A stretch of DNA of 63,644 nucleotides, counting the filler, from a bacterium (GTDB lineage Bacteria; JBBIVP01): the NCBI GenBank assembly GCA_037439705.1. It is 20 parts of 20 records of this genome, joined end to end, with 100 filler letters (N's around TTAATTAATTAA, not from the genome) between each part and the next. Parts side by side here need not be neighbours in the genome. Positions count along the whole stretch, not along the records: positions 17,355 to 20,576 come from JBBIVP010000199.1; positions 20,677 to 23,881 come from JBBIVP010000200.1; positions 23,982 to 27,134 come from JBBIVP010000202.1; positions 27,235 to 30,364 come from JBBIVP010000203.1; positions 30,465 to 33,593 come from JBBIVP010000204.1; 15 more parts are not named here. One strand, given 5' to 3'. Below are positions 20,007 to 31,368 of this stretch, piece after piece. The translations under genes were made by a program, and so were the position numbers. The notes beneath the pieces were generated by a model. It was not told the origin of the DNA, did not search any database, and worked only from the letters and a program-made list of their open reading frames with translations. Within the stretch, counting starts at the first letter, position 1, and each line of letters starts with the position of its first letter.

Positions 20007-20351
20007 CTACCTCTCTTCCTTAAGAGATATCAAAACCCCTCTTATTTCTTTTAATTTTGTTTTTATATTTTCAAGCAACGGTGCAACCTCTTCTGAACTT
20101 CCAGTCTTTTTTTTGAGCAATTCCTTTAATTTTATTTTTGCACCCTTGATTGTGAAACCTTCCTCATATAAGAGGGTTTTTATTATTTTTAGAATTTCAA
20201 GGTCTCTGTACGAATAATGTCTGTGCTTTGATGGACCTTTAATTGGTTTTATCTCAGGAAATTCCGTTTCCCAGTATCTTAAGACATGAGGTTTCACGCC
20301 AAGTATCTCGCTTATCTCACTTATTCGGTAGTATTTCTTTTCTCCATTCAT
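20007..20351 (-). CDS. MerR-family HTH regulator
   Basis: KYYRISEISEILGVKPHVLRYWETEF...LLYEEGFTIKGAK; the type usually found after ihfA. Confidence 0.9.
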   Translation of the reverse strand: MNGEKKYYRISEISEILGVKPHVLRYWETEFPEIKPIKGPSKHRHYSYRDLEILKIIKTLLYEEGFTIKGAKIKLKELLKKKTGSSEEVAPLLENIKTKLKEIRGVLISLKEER

Positions 20352-20576
20352 TGAATGGCTTCTCCTCACCAGAATTTATGTATCTTTTCAAAAGAGGGCT
20401 CGGTTTAAAAGTAAGTTTCATCTTTTCTTCAATTGTAATTTCTCTTTTATCTGCAGGATTTATCCACTTTCTCGGCTTTGTTTTCTTCACCACGAAGTTG
20501 CCGAAGCCAGAAAGTTTAACCTTTTTGTCCTCAATTATTCCTTTTTTCAGGAGTTCAAAAAATGTGTCCACAAATT
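20317..20576 (-). CDS. ihfA: Integration host factor alpha/HU-family protein, 5' truncated
   Basis: VKLSGFGNF...NP...TFKPSPLLK; ihfA-merR gene order. Confidence 0.75.
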
Positions 20577-20676
20577 NNNNNNNNNNNNNNNNNNNNNNNN
20601 NNNNNNNNNNNNNNNNNNNNTTAATTAATTAANNNNNNNNNNNNNNNNNNNNNNNNNNNNNNNNNNNNNNNNNNNN

Positions 20677-21347
20677 ACCCTTTCTTTTACCATTTTATAA
20701 GATGTTATCACAGCACCACCGTCCCCGAAGGCACCGAGGTTCTTTGCGGGAAAAAAACTGAAGCATCCCGCATTCCCTATGCTCCCAACCTTTTTTAATT
20801 TTCCCTTAAAAAGAACCCTCGCTCCATGAGCCTGAGCGCAATCTTCAATTACAAACAGGTTGTATTCCTCTGCTATCTCCATTATCTCCTCCATATTGCA
20901 GGGATGCCCGTAGAGGTGAACAGGAATGATTCCCTTTATTCTCTTTCCTGTTAACTTATCAATTCCATTTCTCCACCTTTCGGAAAGAAATCTGCGAAGT
21001 TCAAAGGGAGAGAGGGTATAAGTTTCTTCATCAATGTCAACAAATACAGGCAATGCCCCTGTCATCCATATTGTTTCAGCAGTGGCTATGAATGTGAAAG
21101 GAACTGTTATAACCTCATCCCCCTCTCCTGCTCCAATAGACCTCAATGTCAGGTGAAGCGCATCCGTTCCACTGTTCACGCCAACGCAGTATTCAACTTC
21201 ACAATACTTTGCGAATTCCTCCTCAAAAAGTTTCACATCATCTCCGAGGACAAAGGCAGTATTCTCAAGACATCTATCTATTGCAGAATTGATCTCACTC
21301 TTTATTGATTCTATGTTCCTTCTAAGGTCAACAAGCGGAATCTTCAT
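20677..21347 (-). CDS. DegT/DnrJ/EryC1/StrS PLP-dependent aminotransferase, 3' truncated
   Basis: [46 protein letters not shown]. Confidence 0.93.
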
Positions 21348-21411
21348 AGATTAATGATAGCATTTCTAACCACCTTTTCCAATTTTTTGATGCGTTTTTT
21401 CTGCGTTAATT

Positions 21412-22788
21412 TTACTCTTCAAGAAGAGAACTTTCTATCTTTATTCCCTTAGGGTCTGTGAAGACATTTCTCGGATTTGACAGAACATTCTCTCCCTTCC
21501 ACAGTTCATATTTTCCATAAGAGAGTTCGGATTTTGAATAAGCAAGCCCTCTCCCTGCCCTCATTTCATATTTTATTGTAATCATTGGATTGTCAAAGAC
21601 GGAACCTATGTCTTCAGATGCGGCAACTAACTGCTGGAATGCCATTCCCACAGAAAACCTGCCAACAGAGGTCTGAATGTATAAATCTCCCATTGGATAC
21701 CAGATAAATCCAAGGTCGGCACCGAAACTGTAACCATCCGCCGAAACGGCTAACCCTCCTGTCCCTGCAAATACTCCTCCTGTTAAGCCGAAATATTTCA
21801 TTATCGGAATATCAACCTCAAAACTTCCACCTATCATAAGCATCGTTCCCGTCATAGTGAAAGATCCTCCTTCAAAACTGCTTACCCCTATTATCCACGT
21901 CCCTAACAATTGTGGAACAATGACAGCACTAAATCCTGGGTAGTTAACATACCCCCTTCTTGTGTAAAATGTTCCATGATATCCAAGTTCAACACCCAAG
22001 AATAAATTTAACATAAATGCTCCAAAACCTTCTACTCCAAATCCCCCAATTCCAAATCCGTATCTTGGAATCACTCCGCTTTTTCCATCCCTATTATAAA
22101 AATATAAAAGTCCTCCTTTCATATCGCCGAGAAAGAATGTTCCGTAAAAATTGTTTTCAGTTTCTGCCTTTCCCCACAGAATCCTTCCTGTGGCATACCT
22201 TTCTTCTGATGATGGCTTTAATGCCACAATAGGACCAACATCTGTTCTGGAAATAAGAGCGGAATCACTTGGCTCAGAAGGACTTCCTCCTATAAACTGA
22301 AGAGCCTCTGGGTTAAAAAGAAAGACATCTGTAAGGTCAACAACTACTCTTGAGAGTGCTTCTTCAATTATTCCTTTTCTTCCGAATTCGTCTCTCAATC
22401 CTGCTGGCATATCAACAGTGTGTTCAAGAGAGATTTTCTTTGTTTCTTCTCCTTTTTTGAGAATGAAATCGGCACCGATGCCGATGGAATGGTCTGTAAC
22501 TGCATAACGAACATTATCCACATAAAGGAAAATTTCTCCTTTTTTTCCCTTGAGTCTTTTCTGAAGTGTTCTTTTTAGCAGGGAAGTTGGTGATTCTCCA
22601 AGTTGAATAGCGAAGTCCTGATTTAGTAAGAAATAAGTCTGCTCAGGTCCCCTAACGGATTTGAGAACCACATTTTTCCATTCCTCTGGAATCCTTGATA
22701 GAGGCAACTCCCTTGCAGGAAGAAGAATTGTTTTGGTGCAGTTCCCTGTAAGCAATATCAATCCTACTCCTATTATTATTTTTTTCAT
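21412..22788 (-). CDS. Hypothetical exported protein (possible lipoprotein with a beta-barrel-like C-terminal half)
   Basis: Signal peptide ending LTGNC; Gly/aromatic-rich alternating strands in the C-terminal half. Confidence 0.6.
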   Translation of the reverse strand: MKKIIIGVGLILLTGNCTKTILLPARELPLSRIPEEWKNVVLKSVRGPEQTYFLLNQDFAIQLGESPTSLLKRTLQKRLKGKKGEIFLYVDNVRYAVTDHSIGIGADFILKKGEETKKISLEHTVDMPAGLRDEFGRKGIIEEALSRVVVDLTDVFLFNPEALQFIGGSPSEPSDSALISRTDVGPIVALKPSSEERYATGRILWGKAETENNFYGTFFLGDMKGGLLYFYNRDGKSGVIPRYGFGIGGFGVEGFGAFMLNLFLGVELGYHGTFYTRRGYVNYPGFSAVIVPQLLGTWIIGVSSFEGGSFTMTGTMLMIGGSFEVDIPIMKYFGLTGGVFAGTGGLAVSADGYSFGADLGFIWYPMGDLYIQTSVGRFSVGMAFQQLVAASEDIGSVFDNPMITIKYEMRAGRGLAYSKSELSYGKYELWKGENVLSNPRNVFTDPKGIKIESSLLEE

Positions 22789-22888
22789 AATGAGTTCCCT
22801 TTTCTCGTAAAGTATAGTAAAAAACTTATTGTGTCAAGCAATTTTTTATATTATTGAAAATTTTGTTTTTTATGATAAAACTGTTTTT

Positions 22889-23881
22889 ATGAAAAAATGG
22901 ATGATTGGGGTATTGGTGTTCTTTTTTGTTTCAGAGGCGAATGGAAGTGGATTTTACATAAAGCCTCTTAACGGAGGTGAGGGTGCTCCAACACAGGGCG
23001 ATGCAGGAGCGATTTTTTTCAATCCTGCTGGTATGGGGCTTGTTAACCGTTTTGAGGGGATTGTTGATTTCAGCCTTATAACAAGAAGGGTTGAATACTC
23101 AAGGGGTATAACATACATTTACAGCGATGAAAGGTGGATTGAGATGAAAACATCCGAGGTAAAAAAGGGGGATCTTTTGAATTTTGTTCCATTTCCCTAT
23201 ATTGGATTTGTCATCCCTTACAAGAAGGTAAGATTTGGCATAGGATTTTATGCTCCATTTGGAAGTTCATCAAAATGGGATGAGAATGGGGCACAGGTTT
23301 ATCAAAGCGAGGAGGGAAACATAACCACATTCTTTGGAACCGCAGGTTTTGCATACGAGGTTATTAAAAACCTCTATCTTGGCATAAGCCTTTCGTATGT
23401 CAGGTCCCTTATTTCATCAAAAAAATTATACAATCTTACAAAAGTAACAGGGGGTTATCCGGAAGACCCATTAATGGATACAGAACTTGAACTTGACAAC
23501 TTTGCAGGCAACTCCTGGAACTTAGGAACTGGGATTCTTTATGCCTACAATTCATCACTCATAGCAGGATTTTCCTATACTTCCCCTGTAAATATAGAAA
23601 ATCACGGCGTGATAAGAATAACGCCAATTGGCGAGACAGCGAGAATTCTTATGAGCGAAAGTCATCAAGAGGCAGAGGGAGAACTTGAGGCAACATATCC
23701 TCAAACATTTAAATTCTCCATTGATTATTTTCCTTTTAAGAGGTTGAGATTGAGGTGGTATTTTGAATTCGTTAACTGGAACCAGTTTGATGGATTTCAC
23801 TTCAAATTTCCTAAAAAGACAAGCCCATTTATTCCGGAAGAAATGGATGAGGAACAGAGATTCAGGGATGCCTTTTCAACA
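22889..23881 (+). CDS. FadL/OmpP1-family outer-membrane long-chain fatty-acid transporter, 3' truncated
   Basis: Signal peptide, then DAGAIFFNPAGM and FGIGFYAPFG motifs. Confidence 0.85.
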
Positions 23882-23981
23882 NNNNNNNNNNNNNNNNNNN
23901 NNNNNNNNNNNNNNNNNNNNNNNNNTTAATTAATTAANNNNNNNNNNNNNNNNNNNNNNNNNNNNNNNNNNNNNNNNNNNN

Positions 23982-24074
23982 ACCTTCTGTTGGTTCCTTT
24001 TTACATCCACCTATAAGAATGACCGCAACAATCGCCCATCCCAAAATTATGAAGCTAAATTTTGATTTTATCAT
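23982..24074 (-). CDS. N-terminus of a lipoprotein (truncated by contig end)
   Basis: MIKSKFSFIILGWAIVAVILIGGCKKEPTEG; overlaps the end of the C25 gene. Confidence 0.5.
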
Positions 24075-27000
24075 TTAATAACATACCAGAGTTTATCATT
24101 TTCCTCACTATTAGGAAAAGAAGAGGAATGATGAAGTAGAAGAGGTCACCCTTCTTAGGGATTGAACATCCAAATGCTCCCCTTGTTTTGAAAGAATGAT
24201 TTGTGGAGTCATCGGGCAATGGATTTCTTCCAAAAAGTTCATCATCTTCATCTGGATTTTCTGAAACAGGCGCTTTTGAAAGTCTCATTGATGGGTCTCC
24301 TAAAAGAACCCATGTCTTTACCACATCTTCCCATCCACCAGCTCCATCCATATTTCCGAGGGCATAAAGCACTGCATCTCCGAGCCTCTTTGCACCATTT
24401 TCAAAAATTGCCTTATAGAAAGCCTTCATAAGGGCAAGTTGCGGAGGAGGGGTTGTGAAACCCGATGAGGCCCACGATGCTGAAGAGCCTCCAGATGGAT
24501 TTATAAGTGCTGATTCTCCAATGGATTTTGAGAATGGAACCACGAAATAGCCGTTCAAGCAGTCCTGTGGAAGAAGGATGAAGGGCTGATAGTTCTGAAG
24601 GTTAAGCATATCATTTGCAGTATAAATTATTGACTTGCTCCAGGAATCAAAACTTCCATGCCCTGAATAGTTGAAAAACATTATACCATTATTTACGGAT
24701 GAATTTATGTCGTTTTTCAATTTTTCCTTATCACCATTGTAATCAGCGAAAGATAAAAATGTCTTCGTCCATTCCCCCGGAAATACTTCCATTAGATTTT
24801 TCATATTTTCAGCAAAAATGCCACCGTCTCCTGAATCTGCAAGGAATAGAGACGAAAAATTCATCGCTGAATTGTCAATTAAGTCTTCAAAGAGAATTAT
24901 CTTATTCACCACGCCTTTCAACTCGTCTTCATTCTCCGCTGGAATCCTTCCGATTGCCACATCAGGAACAATATCATCTCCTAAAACAGCAGAAAACCAT
25001 GTATCAGAAGGGCTGTGATAATCCATATAAGCTGTCTGAAGGAATTTAGCGGGGATATAATCCTTTTTTCCTGTCTTGAATATGTCCCTCGGGTCATAAC
25101 TTCCATCTCCGAGTAGAAGTATGTATGATGGCGGATTCTCTCCCATCATAAGGTCTTTTATGAATGACTTTATTGCCTGAGGGTCCTTTCTTCCGTAATT
25201 GTATATGTCATAAAGGTCGTCAACATAGATATATGCTACCTTCAATTCTTCCATCTCCCTTTTCCTGATAAGTGGTTCTATTTCGTCCCTGAATTCAGGA
25301 GGACCGATTAGAATGAGGTCTCCATCGGAAATTTTTATATCCTTCAGTTGAAGCTCACAGGTCTTTACATTTTCTGTAATAATATATTCTCCTTCTTCAA
25401 GGTGTGCTCTCACCGAGATTTTTCCGTTTACGCTCTCTTTTGTAAAATCCTTTATGACACCTTCAATCCCGTTTCCTATTTTGAAGAATAGTGGCTCTTT
25501 ATCAAAACAGCAGGCCATCACATCCCCTCCTCCATCAATTCTGAACTTTATCTCCCCGTCCGATGTCTCAAAACTCCTTTTGTATCTGAACCTCACATAA
25601 TCAAGTAGAACTATGTCATTTGAAATTCCTCCATCCGAAAGCACACTGAATTTGACGCTGTTTTCTCCTGATAAAAGGGATGTGGTTATGTCACATGCCT
25701 TTTTAAATTCCTTCTTTCCTTCCCATTTTATATCGCAGACCTCCGAATTGTTGAGATAGAGTTTTATGTGATGAAAATCCGATGAACCAGGGACATCCAT
25801 ATAACCAAAAAGAGAAACCTCCATCTCCGCTGGTTCGCCCGAAATGGCGTATGGAACCTGAAAGTTAAAAATTTTATCTCCCTTGAACATATAGGCGATG
25901 TACCATAGTTCACCATCATCACCAACTGGAATTGCCGGGAATAGATAAAGGTCGTCATCAAACTTAATTTCCTCATCAAAATTAGTTATCTCATTTCCTC
26001 CCTGAGGAGGAGAGGAAATTATTGAAGCATTCATTCCATTTCCTTCCTTTATTAAAACCACATTATCCCTTGTCCAGTATGATTTGAAGGAGGGCAAATA
26101 GGTATAAATTTTTTCATTATCAGAATAAAATCCCCAGTCCTTTCCATCTGAGCTCATTGAGAACCTATCTCCAATTAATGAAGAAATATCTGATTTCTCA
26201 AATGAGAATATTCCTTCACCACTGCATTCCGCCTTTATGAATTTTTCAGGATATGGAACTGAAATCAGTTTTGAGTTTATCTTCCTCAATGAGGATGAGG
26301 TTTCATAGTTCACAAGCCCCCTGTATATGGGTTCAAGGAATTTTTCAGGAGGTGAAGTTTTTAAATTCTCCTCTTCTGAATCAACCCTGAATTTTATGGA
26401 CCTGTAGATTTTCAAACTCCTTCCAGAGAACCTGACAGGATATATGTTTATCTTCAAAACCCTCTGAGCCCTCAATATGTAATCGCCTGCAACCTCAACA
26501 GGAGAGGAAGGAGAGAATCCATCTTTTCCGGTTCCAAAGGAAAATCCAATGCATTTCTCTTCAAGAGCCCATATTCCTGGTATTGATTGAGGAATGAGTT
26601 TAAAACAGGAATTTTCAATTTCTCTTTCTACCTGAACCTCATCATATTTTTCATCTATTATTGAAATTCTGTATCCTCTGTGTGAAACTCCGAAGTGAAG
26701 GGTTTTTACAGGAATTTCAAAGTTTTCTCCTGCCTTATAATTCTCAAATCCATCAATTTTTATTGATATTCTGTTCCCATACGAAATATCAGGGTTTCCT
26801 GAATTTATGCTTACAATATAATCCCCTCCATCCCTTTCAACATTTATGTATGGAGGATAAGGAACCTCAACGAAGACAGGTCCATAAAGGTTTTTGTTTC
26901 CATTTCTTTCAATCTCCTCAAGGTAATAATAATACCTCATTCCTGGAAGGACAGATGAATCAATAAAAGAATAGGATGAGCCCTCGGGTCTGAATGAGGG

Positions 27001-27134
27001 AGGAATAATTGATGAATTTATTTTTGTTTTTGAAATTCCATCATCCCTTATTATGTTGAAGCTTTCTGTATTTACCTCAGAACCAGTCTTCCAAGTTATA
27101 TAAACCGCTCCATTTAAATATTTTGCATCAAATG
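24055..27134 (-). CDS. Peptidase C25 (gingipain-like) multidomain protein with C-terminal Cys/TM sorting signal, 5' truncated
   Basis: YILLLGDGSYD, SDTWF, AIGRIPA, NYSGHGS, QDCLNG and WVLLGDP motifs. The frame stays open to the contig edge (FDAKY...ITWKTGSEVNTESFNI). C-terminus is GAFGCS...FYFIIPLLFLIVRK. Confidence 0.88.
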
Positions 27135-27234
27135 NNNNNNNNNNNNNNNNNNNNNNNNNNNNNNNNNNNNNNNNNNNNTTAATTAATTAANNNNNNNNNN
27201 NNNNNNNNNNNNNNNNNNNNNNNNNNNNNNNNNN

Positions 27235-27816
27235 AATTTTGATGAATTAGAGGAAAGGGGGTGGATAAAGTTCAAGCCTAAAGGGAGTCACTGGTGGGAT
27301 GGGTTCAGGGTGGCAGAACCTGTAATTAAAGCGGAATTAGTGGTTTCCACCTGTTGTCTTAAGACCCACAGGTTCGGAGGTGTATTCACGATGTCCCTCA
27401 AACTTTCTGTTGGAATTGTGAAGAAATCATATATGCCTGAATTACATTCTTCATTTTTCAATATGCGGAAGATGATAGCGGAAATAAACCTTGCTTATAA
27501 CCCATCTCTCATAGTCCTTGACGGAGTGGATGCTTTTGTTGATGGTGGACCTGAAAAAGGGGTTTTGAAGGAATGCAATGTTATAATTGCAGGCACAGAC
27601 AGGGTAGCAGTGGATGCTGTGGGATTAGCGGTTCTGAAGGAAGTTGGGAGTAACAGGAAGATAATGAAAACAAGGATATTTGAACAGGAACAGATAAAAA
27701 GGGCAGTAGAACTTGGTATTGGAGTTTCTTCACCTTCCCTTATTGAGCTCATAACCCCTGATGAGGAAAGTGAAAAATATGCGAAAAAAATAAGGGAAAT
27801 TATTCAAAAGGGATAG
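27235..27816 (+). CDS. DUF362-family (Fe-S associated) protein, 5' truncated
   Basis: CLKTHRFGGVFTMSLK, LIVLDG...GGP, DRVAVDAVG motifs. Confidence 0.85.
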   Translation, partial: NFDELEERGWIKFKPKGSHWWDGFRVAEPVIKAELVVSTCCLKTHRFGGVFTMSLKLSVGIVKKSYMPELHSSFFNMRKMIAEINLAYNPSLIVLDGVDAFVDGGPEKGVLKECNVIIAGTDRVAVDAVGLAVLKEVGSNRKIMKTRIFEQEQIKRAVELGIGVSSPSLIELITPDEESEKYAKKIREIIQKG

Positions 27817-28466
27817 ATTTTGAACATAGATGGGCTATTCTAACGGGTTCTGGCATGGAGGATTTAAAGGCGAGATTTTTCACTATTTCAAGTGATTTGT
27901 CCGGGGTTATTTTATAACCTGGGGAGATAAACCAGAGTTTTTTTGAGAGGGATGGTCTGAAAACCCAGCCTATTGTTTTTCCGTTGTTTGTGAGTTCTGA
28001 TTTTCCTCCTGCAACAAAAGGGGGTTCTTCATAATCACCGAACAGGTGGCTTTTTGCGCATCCNNNNNNNNNNGATTTCTTCTGAAAGGACCCCAAAGTG
28101 AGAAGCAATTCCAGCTCCTCTTGGATGGGCAATTCCCTGTCCATCAATAATCCACAAATCTGGAGGATTTTTTATTCTTTTTCTAACACCCCATAACGCT
28201 CTTATCTCCCTGAAAGCAAGAAACTCTGGAACATACGGGAATGAAATTTCACATACGAAAGTCTGACACTCTATGATTTTTCCATCAGGATAAGAAAGGA
28301 CAGAAGCGCATGCTTTTGCCATTTCTTTTTTTCCTGTTTTAAAGAATGAAATGTCCATTCCACCAACACTTTTGATTTTTGATGGTAAAAAATTGTTGTT
28401 TATTATAATAGTTTTTGCGATTTTCTCATGTATTACTTTAAATTTTTCAATATTCGGAAGCTTCAC
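27800..28466 (-). CDS. nfi: Endonuclease V (internal 10-N gap)
   Basis: GGMDISF, FPYVPEFLAFRE, IDGQGIAHPRGAGIASH, GCAKSHL, ISPG, PEPVRIAH. Confidence 0.92.
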
Positions 28467-29777
28467 CCATTAATCTTCTCAGTTCCCTCCTTGCTTCCTC
28501 ATTTCCAGGATTTAAAGAAAGAGCCTTCTTAAAAAGGGAGATAGCCATTGTTTTGTTACCATCAAGAAGATACTTTTTCGCCATATAAAGAGCAGGCTGG
28601 TCTGATTTTGGATTTGATTCGTAAAGGTTAATAAGGGTTTTGAGGGCTTCTTTTGCTTTTTCAGGGTCTCTATCCATGAATTTTTTATACCTTACGAAGG
28701 CATAGGCACATTTTGACCTTATATCATCGNNNNNNNNNNNNNNNNNNNNNNNNNNNNNNNNNNNNNNNNNNNNNNGTCCCTTATGAAGAGTTCCATTTCA
28801 GCCTTCTGAAGGAGGAGGTCAACCCCTGCTTTCATCTGGAACCCCTCAAGAGCCTGCTTTCTATATGATTTTCTAAATTCCCTATCGCTCAATTTTTTAT
28901 AAATCTCTTCAATTCTTGAAAGGATTTTTCTTTTTATTCCTTTAATTTCATCATCGTCTTCAGGTTTTATTTCAAATTCCTTCAATTTCTTTTTATATCC
29001 CATCTCTATTCCGGACGATGTTGATGACCAGTGAATTCCGAGGATATCAAAATAATTGGCATACTGGAAATCCTTTTCAATGTATTTCAAATTTTGAATG
29101 ACTTTTTCCTTTGATGGCTTTCTTACTGAAGAAAGTGATATAAGTCCAAGTCGGGAGATTGTGGTTAAAAACACACAGGTTTCTGATGGCGAAAAAGGGC
29201 TCATCTCAAGGATTTCCCTCAGGAGCCTTTCCCCGCTGTTTTCATAAAGAAATGTGAGGATTCTTAATTCCTTCTGGTCCGAGGATATATCTTCCGGTCT
29301 GTATGAAGAATTCCACACAAAGAACTCGCTTTTGTGTTCGGATACAAATTTTTTTGCGGATTCAACATCAATTTTTTCTTTTATCTGGTTTATGAGGATT
29401 TTGTAGATACTTAACCTATATTCTTCTGGAGGATTTTCGCCCTTTATAAACCTGAATTTTCCCTTTTTTACGAGAAAACTTTTGTAAAGTCTCAATTCGT
29501 GCTGGTATGTGAGCATTTTTTCAAGGAGTGGTTTTGATACCTTTCCTTTTGAAACCTCCTGTCTCATTTTTATAAGTTGTGAACCTATAGTTTCTGCTTC
29601 TGAAGGAGGATTAACATCCACATAAACAGGAAGTCCATTCTTAAAAAATATAGTCCTTTTTCTATTTTCCAGTTCATCTAAAATCTCTACCTGACCTGTG
29701 AATTTTTCAGAATAGAGGTTATTGAGAATTGTAAGAAGAGATGTTTTTTCCAGGTCCATCCATCCTTCAGGGTTCAT
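28447..29777 (-). CDS. DUF4388-like N-terminus + DnaJ-like helical domain + TPR protein (probably one gene across an internal N gap)
   Basis: SLLTILNNLYSEKFTG...TIFFKNG; NYFDILGIHW...IEMGYKK; C-terminal TPR FKKALSLNPGNEEARREL. Confidence 0.6.
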
Positions 29778-29892
29778 AGATTCTCCCTTCTTTCATATTT
29801 TTATTATAATTGAAAAACTTCTTAAGTTCAAATCTCCTTGATTTTAAATTATAATTTTCTATCCTAATAAAAATAAAAAAGGAGGTAAAAAG

Positions 29893-30364
29893 ATGATAAA
29901 TGGTGTATCAAAAGTAAGGGAGGTTGTAATAACCCATGCCAAAAGGACACCTTTTGGGAGAGCAAATAAAGGCAGTTTAGTGAATGTGAGGCCAGACGAT
30001 ATGGCAGCATACCTTATAAAAAAACTGGTGGAAGATGCTGATCTTGATAAAGAACTTATAGAAGACCTTCTTATCGGATGTGCTATGACAGAGGGCGAAC
30101 AGGGCTTGAATATAGCGAGACAGATAGGGTTTCTTGCTGACCTTCCTGTTTCCATAGGAGCCCAGACAATAAACAGGTTCTGCGCCTCAAGTTTTCAAAC
30201 TGTTGCAACTGCTGCTCAGGCAATAGCCACAGGAGCAGGAGATGTGATGATTGCTGGAGGGGTTGAGAGCATGAGTATGGTCCCTATGGGTGGATTCCAT
30301 CCTGAGAAGGCATTAAATCCAAGGATGATTGAGAAGGCTCAGGGAAAGCCTCCTGCTTTTACAA
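29893..30364 (+). CDS. Acetyl-CoA C-acyltransferase (thiolase), N-terminal half
   Basis: KRTPFG, RPDD, EGEQGLNIAR, TINRFCASS (catalytic Cys), AGGVESMS. Confidence 0.93.
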
Positions 30365-30464
30365 NNNNNNNNNNNNNNNNNNNNNNNNNNNNNNNNNNNN
30401 NNNNNNNNTTAATTAATTAANNNNNNNNNNNNNNNNNNNNNNNNNNNNNNNNNNNNNNNNNNNN

Positions 30465-31368
30465 GTTTTGAATGGTAGGGAAGGTTCAGGGGCCTCTAGC
30501 CTTTCTCAAATGCCTTTATTCCATCGGAGGTGCTTTTTTTATCATTTTAATTTTCCTCTCAATTTTTATTTCTCTTTTTTTCATAAAAAAAGAAAAATGG
30601 CTGCTCATGCCCATATCTTTTGTTCTGGTCCATCTCCTACTTCTTTGCACATATCCACAGACGGGCGCCAGATATCTCCTTCCCTCCATGCCTTACATTT
30701 CACTCCTTTTCGGTTTTACATTATCAAAATGGAAAAACGGAAAAATTCTGGGTTTCATTCTATTGATCCCCCTTTTCATTCAATCCGTAATTACAGTTAA
30801 TCACTTCATAAAAGGAAAAACTACAGTTGAACTTATGCTTAAATATCTCAAGGATAACATCCCGTATAATTCAAAACTTCTGGTGGAGGAAATATCCTTT
30901 CCTTCACTTCCAATGGATAGGGAATCAATAGAAAACGAATTTATGGAATATAAAAAAATTTTTCCGGAGATTGAAGGAACAACATATAAACTCAGAATGG
31001 AAAATGCAAAAGAAGGATATTCTGTAACGCTTCTCAAATGGAGCTACGCCTACTCATACCTCGCAACAACTATTGAAGAAAAGAAAAATTTATTGCCCAG
31101 TGTTGGAGAGATTAAAAATTCCTTTGACTACATCCTCTTTACTGGACTCCTTGTTGAAACCTTCTTAAGGAATAAAGATGAAAGGGCTAAACCGATGGCT
31201 GATTTCCTTTCCTCAGCAGTAAAAGAATTCAAACTTGAAAAAAGGATATGTGCGGATGGGAAAAACATTTTTGGATGGTGCACATATCTATTTAATACAA
31301 AGGATAGACCGGATGAAGGAGAAGAAAAAGTTTTTGTGGATGAGAGAGATGACATTGCACACTATTGA
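30465..31368 (+). CDS. Membrane glycosyltransferase-like (GT-C/ArnT-PMT type) protein, C-terminal part
   Basis: TM helices with 'ARYLLPSMP', then a periplasmic domain 'YLKDNIPYNSKLLVE'. Confidence 0.6.

Noticed and set aside
14015..20576. Composite transposon spanning the IS copies on either side of the 17255 linker
   Set aside because: The copies are on different contigs whose adjacency is due to size sorting.
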